Positions 1 through 12,265 of a stretch of 64,000 nt of DNA are shown piece by piece. Under the pieces are notes generated by a model, which saw only the letters and a list, made by a program, of their open reading frames with translations, did no database searches and had not been told where the DNA came from. Numbering within the stretch: the stretch's first letter is position 1; every line of letters begins with the position of its first letter. Made by a program: the position numbers and the translations under genes. Source of the DNA: Amoebophrya sp. A120 (taxonomy: Eukaryota; Protista; Dinoflagellata). The DNA lies in contig CAJINV010000004.1 in assembly GCA_905178155.1 (NCBI GenBank), positions 28,432 through 92,431 of the forward strand. The letters are read 5' to 3'.

Positions 1-196
1 TGTCATGCAAAAGCACCTTAGGGCGGCAGATGATCTAGCTGCTTCGCATGACAAATTTCGGGAGGGCTAGACAGCATCTAAATCTGCGCCAAACTTGTAA
101 TGCAAGAGGCGCAATCTTCCTCCTTTCAATTTTGCCAGTCTTGCATTACAAATCCATGTTGTAACAGTTGAGAATGTAACATTTGAGAACTCCATA
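1..196. mobile_element. Introner family D (TIR tatggNgttctcaagcgttacattctcaa), left-truncated by the window edge
   Basis: Right TIR ...tgtaacatttgagaactccata; homologous to 30724-30966. Confidence 0.85.
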
Positions 197-3100
197 CTGG
201 ACCCGTCGAGGACTTCCTCTGTCGGAGCGGCAGGCAGTCCGCCTCGTCTCGGTGGCGGCGCGGCAGGAAATCATTATCCAAGAAAAAAACGTTGTTAGTG
301 TAAATTTATGATGCGCAACATGCAAAGTGATTGCGTCTGTCATGCTTGGCAAGCATCGTAGGGTCCATTACAGGGCGTTTTCACGTACTAGCTGCGCATG
401 ACAGGTTTCTGCTGTCATGCCAGACAAATTTGTAATGCTGTTCCTCCAAAAAAGTTACACCTACAATGTTTTTTTCTTGGATAATCATGCCACGAGGAAT
501 ACTGCTAGTGCGGCCGCTGCAAAAGCTGATGTTGAGCCCCCTCCGCCCGCAGCGGGGGGTGGAAGAACAGCGACTACGTCCTCGAACAAGAGAAAATCCA
601 GTACGAATCAAAGGAAGACCGACCACGTGAGCAACAAGCAGCAAGTAGCACTTGGGCTCGACAACTCCGACAACTACACAGATGAGCCCGAAGAACTGCG
701 TCTGTCTAGCCAAGGAGCGCTGTCAGCGTCAAGCGGCGTGGCCACAGATGACTCCGAGTCCGAAGCAGATGATGAAGATGTCGACTATAGTTCATCTTCT
801 CCTTCCTCCAGTATCCGGCGCATCAAAAGTTAAAGTACCGTACTAGTTGTAGAAATCGCATTGTTCTTCGCATGAAAAATTTCCGCAGCATGAGAATTGT
901 ATATGCGGACTTACTTACATGCCTGACTGCAAGTAGTTCGAGAGCGATACTTTTGCAAGGCATATCTGCGAAGACGGACGAAACCGATGACCTGGCCGCG
1001 GCGATTTTGTTCTCGGGCACGGAAACCAGGAGACGCATGCAAGAAAATGAAGAAAAGAAGAAACTGAGTACTAGAGAGGCTCAAGAACAGGAGCACCAGG
1101 GCGGTTTTGGGATGTTGAAAGTGGTTTGTTCATCTGCTCGTGCTGCGCAAGAAGCGGACAGTAGATGCAGTGCTCCGACGGAGCGTGGACGAAGTCGAAC
1201 TTGTACCGCCCAGCCTGCTCCTGAGGTTCTTGTACAGGAACAAAATGTAAATGGTTCGAGTTGTCGTCCTGCTGGCCGCGCCGCTCAAGAACATCTCTAC
1301 GAGAACGAGCCCTCCGCCGTCCTCCGCGCCGCCCAGTCCACTCAAGATCCGAGTTCTTGTCCTCAGACGAACGACACGAGCAACGTGCTGAAAATGAAGA
1401 ACGAGGACCCCGAGCAGGAGGAAGATACTGGTGTTTTTCTAATGGTAAATGCGGATGTGGAGCTCGATCACAACACGACCGCGACTACGATTGTCCGGAC
1501 GGTGACGCCCCCCGCCTCGTCCTCGCCCCACATGGCCTACTGCCCTTCGTCGTCCTCTGCAAGGGCTGGTGCTGCTGCTGTAAGCGCAGCGGTTCCCCTC
1601 CTGGTTGGCACCGTGCCGCCTCCCACGGGAAATGCGGTGCCGCGCAGCTCGTCGAGCAGAGCTACTGTGGAGATGCACAGTGTGGAAGACCACCCGGTGT
1701 GGCGGGGGGGTGGTGCCACTACTTCTGCGGGAGCCGCCAGTGGCACTGTGGTGCGATCCTCGCAGCACCTGTACCGAGGTGTCGAGAAGCAAATGGAGGA
1801 AGTGATGAAATTGAAATCGCAAGCAGAAAAGGAGAAGCGCCGGCGAAGTGGAAAGACCAAGAACGAAAAACCGAAAGACAGCACCGCGGCCGCACGGCAG
1901 GAGGACGTCGCGCGCGACCAACTTCAACTTCATCCGTCCAAAGACATCACGACACCTCCCCCGGGGACCGACGGCGCAACTGGAGGAACTGCCGTAGTGA
2001 CGAAGATGAATAGCGGCACTGTAGTCTCGTCCCCAGTTAGAAGTTCTTTGTCCTCTTCGCCAGCAGATAACGACCATAACACGAGCCTGGCGACCGAGAG
2101 AACCGCGACTACTACATTCGCCACGGTAGTACCACCTTTTGGGGGAGCAGCAGCAGGAGCAGCTGCACCTGCTAGTACTACTGCTACCAACACAAAAACG
2201 CCCTCGAAGAAGATGCTGCTGCACCCCATCGCGCAGAAGCTACTCAGCAACCTGTACAGGGACGTGGTCAGCCGGAGCGGCTCTCTGATTCTGACGAATC
2301 ACGACGACGGAGGTGGTGGTTCCTCAGGAAGTAGTACTCCGAGAAGCAGTACTTCCACCACGTCGCCGTCGGTGAAGAGTGGTAGAGAACTACAGGGAGT
2401 TCTTGTGGGTCCTCGTCCTTGTCGACCTGATGTTCATCTTCCGGAGGCAACCGCAGAAGTGGTCATGGTTGTGCAGCATCAAACCAGAGAGGACGAGGAC
2501 GACGATGTGGTCTTCTCTGATGAAGCTAGTAGAAGAACTTCTTCTTGTTCTAGGAATCAGAACAAGAATAAAACTGAGCCTTTTAGTTTTATTCCACCAG
2601 GCAACGGAGACGTAGTGCCTGCTGAAGGAGGTAAAGCTTGTTCTTCGCCTTCCGAAGATACGACAAATAAGACCACCACGGAGACGAGGTTCTTGTACGA
2701 CAAAATGAGAGCACCGCCACCGAGAAGCGGCTCTTCCTTGGTGTCCGCGGGATCTTTCCTGACGATGAAGAAGCGCTCGAGTAGAAACAGCCTCTCGTCT
2801 ATGAGATGAGTCAACAACTCCCCCTCTCCCTCATTTGTCATGCAAAATACCCAATCCACCCGTCCCGTTGCGTCTGGGCCTGGGGACTGTTTGCATGACA
2901 AGTTCTGGTAGCCCAAATAGCATATTAGCCCAGTGCAAATTTTTTGTCATGCACAACCGGCGCTCTTGCTGATGCTTGTAGTGCCGTTCATGCTATACAA
3001 ATGAGGGGGAGGGGGAGTTGTTCACTGTTATATCGTCCGAAAATTTCAACAAGCTGACCGGGTCCCGAATCTCCCGGGCGTCGTCGCGGGGCAGTAGAAA

Positions 3101-5954
3101 GCTGAGCGTCAGCCTTATGGAAGCGTCAGGATCGAAATCAACAAAATCGAGAAGATAATTTGTGATGCATAAAATCGATACCTCCAGTTGGAGCCTCAGT
3201 TTCCAACGGGCGCATGACAAATTTCGGGAGCACCTAAATCCGGCGCGTCGCGCTGTTTGGGAAAAGAAGACTGCTCCTGTCATGCTACTCTGACCACAGC
3301 GCATCGCCTGCTTTCCCTGAACAGGCTTGCCATCGGTCTCATTTGCCTGCTCCCCAACACAGGCCGTACGTGCCCTACATTTTATGCATAATTGCAAACT
3401 TTCAGTAAATTGGATTTTGTCGATTTGGATCCTGACACTCCCATATGCCTCACCGCCCAGGACATGCTCAGCGAGTCGCGAAAATCCTCAGGAATTTTTT
3501 CGGACATGTTCCCGTCGGGGGTGGACGAGGAAAATGGAAATCCAAATGCGGATGAGATGGAGGACCGACAGCACTCCGAATCATGCGTCGACCGAGCGGA
3601 ACAACTGCTGCAGGCCGAAGTAGAGGCGCAGGCGCACGCGGCCAGGCTCGCCGAAGAGATTGCGAGATCGCAGGAGCGCCGGAAGAAGAAGGAACGGAAA
3701 GAACGGAAGCGGAAGAGTTCTTGCAGGAATAAATCTTCTCTGTCTACTTCCGACAGAGCAGAAAGCAATCGCCACTGCACGGACCGCTCCAAGATGAACA
3801 TGGGGGGTGCGCAGACGCCACGGTTCGGCACCAGTGGGTTTTGGCAGAGCCTGCAGGCCGGCAAGCGTTCCCTGTCTAGTGGAACAAAAAAGCTGTGGAT
3901 GAAGACTTCGCGCAGTATTTCCTCTCTCACGGGAGCTGGCCTCGGAGGCGGCAGTGGTGCAAATGCCACCGCGGCATCGGCAAGAAGTAGAGGTACTACA
4001 AAAAATAAAAGCGATAGAGCGAGCCAGACGCTGAAATCGAAAGGAAGCAGCAGCGATGGAAAAAAGAACAAAAAGAAAGTACAGCACGGGTCGGCAGATG
4101 CGGGGGAGCTGACGGCGGTAGTGGTCGTGCAACCAGATAAGCACGAAGATAGCAGTCGTGCAAATAGCAGGACCATGAAGATGCGCGTTCTTGATGAGAA
4201 GAGAGCGGGTCATCTTCCTGCAGCGACGTCGGACCACCTGTCTAATTCTAGTACTGCACGCACCAGTTCTTGCAAGAAGTGTTGTACAACTTCTCAACAG
4301 CTGGTCGCTGCACTCGCTCGTTTATGCTGCACAGCTTGGCTCTTGTTTTCTCGGCTCTTGACCTCCAGAAACAAAGATTGTGGACGGAGCAAAAATTGTG
4401 CTGCTCGTGCTGTCGAATGTAAAAAAACGAAAAAGCGTGCTGAACGTAGCACAAGTTGTGGCAGAAGTAGAGCTACACATGATCCTCAAAAAATCGACGG
4501 CAAAAACGATCTCCAAGGCTCTGACGACGAAGCCTCCGCAGCACAACTGTTGAACTCCAGCAACACGAAGCCGAGCTTTCTGATGCTTTTTCAGAAAATG
4601 AAGTACGTTAGGGCGGCGCAACATCAAACGTCTAATACCACGGAGAACATGTTTCATCGCAAGGGCCTCTCGGCGAACGACCGGCGCCAAAATGTTCTCA
4701 TATCATGAGAAAAAAGTGTTACAGTTACACATTTGTTGGAGTTTCTGCATCACTGTGGCAGAGAAAACCTGTAATGCGAAGATCATAAGGGCAAACAGGA
4801 AGGAAATGAGGCTCCCAAGCGTTTCCTGCATGAGAAAGGTTGTCTGTGTTGCCGTTGTTGCAACGCAATGTGTAACTGTAACACTTTTTTCTTCCCATAT
4901 CTCACGAAAATTCGCCAGTACGTGAGCGATAAGAACCGGCAGGTCGTCGATTTCTTCCGATCAAAAAACACGGAGAGCCAGGTATCGTATTTCAAAACGT
5001 CCCCACCCCAGAGTTGTAATGCAAATCTGCATGTTCAGAATGAATGTTTCTCATGCGGAGCCCCATGAGAAGCATTTTCTAGTCGTGTTTTGCAATTTCT
5101 TGTCATGCTCCAATCTGCATGATATACTAGATCTGTGATGCTGCTGAGCTAGCTCAAACAGCACTACGCTACGAGTCCAAATTTGTCATGCAAAACAGCC
5201 AAAGCTTGTGGATTTGTCTAGCCGATTCGCCATCTTGACTATGGGGCGGGGACGTTTTTACATAGGATACCAGGAGGTGGAGGACGGGACTTCCTACTCG
5301 TTCAAGATCCTCATCATCAAGCCGATCAACCACACGGCCATGGTTTTCCTGTTGTGGCAGGCCCTGATGATCGCCGGTTACGGTTCCGGAGCCGCCCTCT
5401 GGGTGTTCGACCGAGCGGACTGTAGTCGTGGCCGGCTGGATGAGGCGGGGGTGGAACAACCAAGTGGTACAAGTGGAGCTACCACTTCCACCGAGGAACA
5501 GCACCCGGAATACGAGGTGCCGCTCTGGTTCGGTGTGCTGTACAGCGTGTTTGTGATTCTGCCGGTGTCTACCAAATACAAATATCAATATGTCTGGGTC
5601 TGGAGGAGTGCAAGACTTGTTCCTATGGGCGACGTTTTGCATGATCCATAATTATGTCAGCGATGTATGCCTTAGCATCGCAGATTTTTAGAGGGCTGCT
5701 TGGAGTCTATATTCCGCATCGATGAGAATAAACTCCCCCTCCGCGTAGCACAAACAAACTGGCCTCTTCTCGTGATGCTGGCCATGCAACACAAATTCTT
5801 TTGGATTCCGAAGGCAGCATCGCAAGTTGCAACCATGTTCCAGACCCAGACATACTTGCAATGCATAGTTTCGCTCTACGTCAGTCTCGTGGTCAACGCT
5901 GTGTTCCTCGCTCTGATCTTCAGCTGGCTGCTCAGGGAGCGGATTATCACCTGA
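197..5954 (+). CDS. 5'-incomplete multi-exon gene: long Ser/Thr-rich low-complexity protein with C-terminal transmembrane helices. Exons ~197-274, 484-821, 965-2799, 3033-3115, 3446-4700, 4900-4982, 5270-5569, 5868-5954
   Basis: ORFs 417, 872, 3392, 5208 and 5700 join once introners plus one DR are removed (e.g. ...GNH|ATRN..., ...VILPV|SLYVSLVVNAVFLALIFSWLL). The junction at 821/965 is degenerate and its frame is not resolved. Confidence 0.65.
275..483. mobile_element. Introner (TIR tatccaagaaaaaaac)
   Basis: TIRs, 5-bp DR atcat, frame restored. Confidence 0.9.
822..964. mobile_element. Degenerate introner family G
   Basis: aaagtaccgtact...gcgatacttttgc; DR decayed. Confidence 0.55.
2800..3032. 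mobile_element. Introner family E (TIR ...caactccccctcccctcatttg)
   Basis: TIRs, DR tcgtc. Confidence 0.9.
3116..3445. mobile_element. Introner family C (TIR tatggaagcgtcaggat)
   Basis: TIRs, DR agcct/tgcct. Confidence 0.88.
4701..4899. mobile_element. Introner (TIR ...aaaaaagtgttacagttacaca)
   Basis: TIRs, DR tctca. Confidence 0.9.
4983..5269. mobile_element. Introner family B (TIR tatcctgagtaaaaacgtccccacccca)
   Basis: TIRs, DR ccagg. Confidence 0.9.
5570..5867. mobile_element. Introner family A (TIR tatcaaatgtaaaaatgtctgggtctggaag)
   Basis: TIRs, DR gtgtc/gtttc. Confidence 0.85.
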
Positions 5955-6043
5955 AAATCAAAATTAATCTCCATTGTTCCTATCTTCCAAAAATTTATCA
6001 CACAATACATGGAGTAGGGCTTTTGTCATGCAAAAAAAAGTAG

Positions 6044-9000
6044 ATGGGGTTGGGGACGACGATGGTCGGTTTTCAGGGAATGCGGATCTTTGAGCAGTTG
6101 GGGCAGCTCCGACTGCTGGGACAGATAGTGGGCAGCACAGATTTCGGGCGTGTTTCCTCGTCTTTCGGAACTTCTTGTTCTTCCGTATCAAATGTAAAAA
6201 TGTCTGGGTCTGGAAGAATCCGAACTTGTGATGCTGCATTTGGATAGTAAAAAAATCTGTATTGCATGACCAGCAAAGGGAATGCATTTTTGGCTACGCG
6301 GAGAGGGCATTTGTCATGCGGAATAGGTATCACGAAGCCCTCAAGAAGTCTGTGATGCTAGGGCATGCATCACAGACATCATGGCCCATGCAAAACGTGC
6401 ATGACAAGTTTCAGAATCTTCCATACCCAGACATTTTTGCATTTGATATTCCGGGGTTGGGAACATCAACATGGCGATACAGCAACCGAGCACAGCGAGG
6501 CCGCCCGCCCTCGTTCCACAACATCCAGGCTGTTCTTCAACGGATTTTATCCTATGTAAAAACGTCCCCACCCCATGCCCACATAGATTATGCTTCTCTT
6601 CTCGTCGTAGTTCGTTCTCCCCTCTTTTTCATCTGAAAATTTGAAGTTTCTCTGTGCTTTAATTTGGTCTTTCCAGTACATAAACACCCCATGCCCACAG
6701 TCAACATGGGGAATCGGCTAGACAAATCCACAAGGTTTGGCTCTTTCGCATGACAAAATTGGAATCGTAGTGTAGTACTGTTTTAGGTAGTTCAGCAGCA
6801 TCACGCATCCAGATACCATGCTGATTGGAGCATGACAAATTTCAAAACGTGAATAGAAAATGCTTCTCATGGGGCTCCGCATGAGAAACATTCTCAGCAT
6901 GCAGATTTGCATATGCAACTATGAGGTGGGGATGTTTTTAAATGCGATAGATTTCGGGCGTGTTTCCTCGTCTTTCGGAACTACTTGTTCTTCCGTATCA
7001 AATGTAAAAATGTCTGGGTCTGGAAGAATCCGAACTTGTGATGCTGCATTTGGATAGTAAAAAAATCTGTATTGCATGACCAGCAAAGGGAATGCATTTT
7101 TGGCTACGCGGAGAGGGCATTTGTCATGCGGAATAGGTATCGCGAAGCCCTCAAGAAGTCTGTGATGCTAGGGCATGCATCACAGACATCATGGCCCATG
7201 CAAAACGTGCATGACAAGTTTCAGAATCTTCCATACCCAGACATTTTTGCATTTGATATTCCGGGGTTGGGAACATCAACATGGCGATACAGCAGCCGAT
7301 CACAGCGAGGCCGCCCGCCCTCGTTCCACAACATCCAGGCTGTTCTTCGACTCCTAGGGACTGTTCTTCTCCGTGGGAAGTTTGTGTGCCGTTGCAGACT
7401 TTCCCTTTACAGAGTTATGAGCCCAAAACATAAGTAGAACTAGAAGTAGCGCCGTCATACATAAGTAGAGTAGCATCAGTAGGCTAGAACTATGAAGGGC
7501 ACTCGCAACCAAGGCGACGAAGCAGTAACAGTCACAGCCAGTAGTAGGCTGACAGGCAAGCAGCAACAGGAAAGCGGGCGACGTAGGCAGCCCGAAGCGA
7601 GAAGAATAGCGAGCGGTCGGAACGGCTAGGAAACGAAGGAAGAGCTGCTGCGATCGTTCGCACAGCTAGGCAAGCAGCAGGCCCAGTAGAGTATGAATGA
7701 TTTGGATTTTGAAACTAGAACTAGCAGGAAGAACCTACCCAACACCGGTAGCAAGATGCAAAGCACTCGAACCCGTAGACCTGCGCATCTGGAATCCTTA
7801 GGGGAATCAGATCGCGACCTGGCTACTTCAGTGCAAAGCTTTAGCGCTTCAGCATCTACAGAGCAAGAAAAGCACTCACCTGACAAACTTCGAAGATTCC
7901 AGCCTTTTCATTCGATCGCAAGATCGGGCAATAACAAAAGGGACAGGTGGAGGATTTGAATTTGTTCGAGTTGCTAACGACCCAGGCGCGACCTGCGGCA
8001 AGGAAGGAAGCTAGTCGGCCAGACAGCACAGCACAGAGGACCACTAGGGTCGTGGATTCGTTCCACCAGCGCGATAGAGAACTTCGACACCAGGCACAGG
8101 GCAAAAATCGCACCCGTGCACAGATTCGAATACGTGGCAGAACAGAGGACGGGCCCACGAGCCGTCGGCGCCAGCTTGCGAGCGGTCGGCATGTCGCCAC
8201 AGGAACGGACAGGCTACGAGCCGTCGGCGCCAGCCTGCGGGCGGTCGACAAGTCAACACAGAGAGGAAGAGGCTACCTTCGAGGTTTGGCCAGGCTGCTC
8301 AAAGGCCCGAGCATGCCACACAGCACACAGATAGATAGATACGAGGTCGAAGGATGTAAGACGTCCCAGGACGGTGCGTGGACGCATTCAAATAGAAAAA
8401 GCGCAGCTGTGACCGACTTAGCAAGTTGCTCTATGAATGGTTTTCGATGCCTCGAATTCCGCAAGAAGATCCCGCCCGAGCGCGTGGCCAGATCTGTTGC
8501 TTCGTGCACTGACAAGATTCCTGCTTTGGCAGCGAATTCATTTTGACGATTTAGGTTCTGACTCGATTCCCAATCGCGTCCCCATTCCAAAAAGTATATC
8601 TGTTTTGAAAAAGAAAAACCCACTAGGCACAGACACAGGAAACTCAGTCACCGTTTCAGGGGGTGAAGTGCAGACCAAACCTGCAGTAGGTGAAACGGCG
8701 CCAGAGTTTCGGCGTCCGGAACGGGTAGAACCCAAAGCCCCACGAGAAAAGCAAGAACAGGCGGCCAGTAGCGGCTGCAGAGGATTCCCCGACCGGGGGG
8801 AGAAGAAAGACGACGATGAAGAAAGACGGATGTTTGTAGATTTAGTTGTAGAGACGAGAACGCACTATGGCTACGCAGCAAGACAGATTTACAGTTTTGA
8901 AACTTTGGACTTTGGAGTGAGGGGGTGTATGACGGATAAGTTTGTAATGCACCCACAGCCTCACAGAGTACAAACTTGATCCACTCCAATAGTCCAAAGA

Positions 9001-12000
9001 TCTAGATAGCCTAAGGACATGAAGACAGATAGAGATCCTTAGTGTTGTAGTACCATGAAGACAGTCCACAGGGCTAGGAAGACACTGAGCCAACATGATG
9101 AACACATATACACCCAGGGCCCTTGAGCTAGGACAGACTTACAGCATAGCAGTACTAGACTTAGTCATGGCACTGTAGATGTGCATAGTTGTTCTACCAT
9201 CGTAGTGTAGTTTGTATTGCGTACTCCGTGGGAAGTTTGTGTGCCGTTGCAGACTTTCCCTTTACACAGCGAGGCCGCCCGCCCTCGTTCCACAACATCC
9301 AGGCTGTTCTTCGACTCCTACTGGTGTTGTCGCAAAGAACCACCATCCGATCTCGTCCACGCCACTAGCTTACAATTCTTTTCCTCCAGGAACCGGCGCA
9401 ACGTCTTGTGCCGCCGAAACGGCGCAGCTGGTCGCGCAACACGTCGAGTACCGCCCCCCGTCTAGCAGTAGTACAACAAGCATGATGGCAGCGACCCCTC
9501 CATTTTTACCGGCTGTCCCAGCGGCGGCCTGCTCTTCATTGCTCGCCCCACCGAGACCGCGCAGGCAAAGCATTATGGAGAAGGTCGGGGGGGGCCATCA
9601 AGTTTATTCGCAAAGTAATCTTCCCGTGCAAGTGCAACAGCATCAGTTACCGGGGTATCCAATTATAACGTCCACTGGAAACTTCGTAGCCACTTCTTGT
9701 TCCTCGCGGCCAACCAGTCAACGGTCTATCTTGCAACGTAGCCAACTTTCCAGTCACAGCAACCTGGAGGCGGTCCTCGAGGGTGGAGCAGATGATCCTT
9801 TTGCGGCTCCGAGAATAGATTCTGCTGCATCTTCTGTTCCCATTAATATTTCTGCGGAAAATAAAACGAGTGTCGGCCTAGTACATGAAGACCGACCAAG
9901 CTCCACGGTGACCAACGCGGCGGCTGGTGCAACCACTCGCCAGAGTGCTGTTCATATTAAACCTCCAGCTGTTTCAACACAGCTCCGCGGGACGACAACG
10001 ACCTCCTCGACTGCATCTACAACTCTTGCTGGAGGATCAACACAGCATGAAATCAATAGGGACGCCGAGACGTCCCGCAGCGAGGCCCTGCAACAGCGCA
10101 CCCTGTTGCTCCTGCAGCGCCGGCAGAGCAGCATGGGCATGCAGATCCTGCAGAACGCCTCCTCCAATCAAGGTGCTGCATCAGCTGCGGCCAGTAATCT
10201 CGCGCCATCAGGCTCAGGCGTGATCAACCACGTAGCAGGCCAGACTGCCCCGAAGATGAACAACACGCTATTCCATCAGCGGCGGGCGAGCACGGCAGCT
10301 GCACTCGTTGTCCCGAGAGCCGCGATCTTAAACGCTGCGAACGCCGGCTGTATGGGCACGACACCAAACGTTAATCGTCGCGCGAGTTCCACTGGGCTAA
10401 TACAACAACACATGATCATGGCACCTAGTACAACAACTTCTCGCGGAGCACCAGGCGCCCCCACCAGCATAGTTAAACCAGTACTATCCCAATCACGACC
10501 AGATGTTGTGGGTGAAGGGGCGATTCTTTTTCAAGGCCGACGTGCCAGCAGTACTTCTGGGTACATCTTCAGCGGTGGTCGACGTCCTGCAGCCGGGCCA
10601 GGTTGTTCTGGTGCGACTTCAAGTTCTTGCGGCGAGGCCCGCGAGGAACTACGTGATGTTGATAACAAGAACTACGCTCTTGCCCCAAAAAGCGGCACAA
10701 CAATCGCCGCCGAAGATGAAGATGAAGACAAAATGACATCACGCAGCAAAAATCATGTTAGCGAGCGAGGACGGAAACCTACCTCGACATTAGTTTCGAG
10801 TCAGCGGCATTCTCTAGCCGCGACCGGCAGGAGCTCCTGTCGGGGCACGAGCAGGCGAGGCTCCCTTACGCCGGTGATTGTAAACGGCGACGCAAGTAGT
10901 TCTTGTAATTCCCCCGTGCTCGTCGGGGGGACGGGCACGGCAGCAGGCGGTCCGGTTTTATTAACGGAAGCTGCTGCACTTGAGCAAGAAGATGCTCCAA
11001 AGCTGTATGATAATTACCCCGCTCATGTTATCCTGAGTAAAAACGTACCCACACCAGAGTCAAAATGAGGATTTTGCAACACAAACCTAGGAGTTTTAGG
11101 AGTCACGCATGACAGGTTGCGCTATGCAGTGTAGTGCAGGTTAGCAAGTGCAGCCGCGTCACAGATTCATCTGCTCATCCTGTGTACAGCATCACAAATG
11201 TCAAAACACGACTGGAAATGCCTCTCATGCAGATGCGCATTACAAATGTTCCTGTCATTGCAAATCTGCATGACAACTCTGGTGTGGGTACGTTTTTACT
11301 TAGGATACATGTTGATACTCACGCGTCTGCAACAGCGTCGCCGGTGGGTTTGCACCCGGAGCTGCTTGCGCAGATGCAAAATCAGCCGAAGTATCAAATG
11401 TAAAACAAAGTGTCTGGGTCTGGAAGAGCGCACGTTTGTCATGCTTGTCTGGCATGACTCTGAAATCTGTCATGCACGTTAAGTACCCAAGAGCGCTATT
11501 TTTCTGTCATGCAGAAACGCAGTTTGTCGTGCAGAATAGGCAACACCTAGAAGCTCAGAAACCTGTCATGCTGAGCCAGCACTTGTGGCCTCCTCATGAT
11601 ACGCCACCCAGCATCACAAGTTTCCAGAGCCAGACACTTTTACACTTTATACGAAGGACCGGGTGTCGAAACTCTCGGAACTGGTGGGAGCTGCGGCCGC
11701 AAAAAACTCGGCCGTCAAGGACCCGAGGACCAGCACGAAGGAAGGAGGTACAACTGTGCGGCGTGCTGTCGAGGAGGAGGACCTGACGAGTCGCGGCGAC
11801 GAGACTGGCAATGACACCACGTCGGACGAAGAGCTCCTGCATCATGGGTGTGAAGCAGTGGTGGAGCAGGAACAAATGGTGGCGCAGGTGGGCGGGAGAA
11901 ATTATCAAAGCCAAATAATTGATCTGGACCAGAAAATGAAGAGTTATGGAAAGAACCAATCGGAGCTGCTCTCCTGCGAAGTTGTAGACAATGCACTGCA

Positions 12001-12190
12001 GCAGCAGCGGCAGGAGCAGTCACGGTTGCAACTAGAAGTAGAGCAGCACAATTTTCATCGCGTTGATCGGTCACATCAAGAATTTGATTTCTCGTCGCAA
12101 AACGAATTTGACGTGGTGGAAAGCGCGGCCCTCGAGGGGGCAGATGACAACTCATATGCATTGCAGGAGCATCTTCGTACTTACCGATAA
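6044..12190 (+). CDS. Multi-exon low-complexity protein. Exons ~6044-6185, 6449-6539, 9311-11028, 11308-11391, 11652-12190; may continue into the 12266-13910 gene
   Basis: The frame is continuous across removed introners: ...TSCSS|GVGNINMAIQQPSTARPPALVPQHPGCSS|TPTGVVAK..., ...YPAHV|DTHAS...QPK|DRVSKLSEL. The start codon is uncertain. Confidence 0.6.
6186..6448. mobile_element. Introner family A
   Basis: ~30-bp TIRs, DR ttccg. Confidence 0.92.
6548..6949. mobile_element. Introner family B carrying a nested 101-bp retro-insert
   Basis: DR gattt; nested insert 6584-6684. Confidence 0.88.
6584..6684 (+). mobile_element. Nested 5'-truncated retro-insert (type R-B, ends ...ttccagtacataaa)
   Basis: 15-bp TSD caccccatgcccaca (6569-6583/6685-6699); same 3' end as the inserts at 54670-54801. 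Confidence 0.85.
6950..7350 (+). repeat. Near-identical tandem duplication of ~6140-6540 (exon + family-A introner 6996-7258 + exon)
   Basis: 810-bp offset, few substitutions. Confidence 0.92.
7357..9264. mobile_element. 1.9-kb insertion with 43-bp terminal direct repeats and a 56-bp target duplication
   Basis: Terminal repeats 7369-7411/9224-9266; TSD 7301-7356/9265-9320. Confidence 0.85.
11029..11307. mobile_element. Introner family B
   Basis: TIRs, DR catgt, frame restored. Confidence 0.92.
11392..11651. mobile_element. Introner family A
   Basis: TIRs, DR cgaag, frame restored. Confidence 0.92.
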
Positions 12191-12265
12191 AGATAATTTC
12201 CCGAGAAACTACAGTAAATTTGAATTTACGGTCTCGTATTTTTAAGATTTAAAAGAAAGCTTGTA

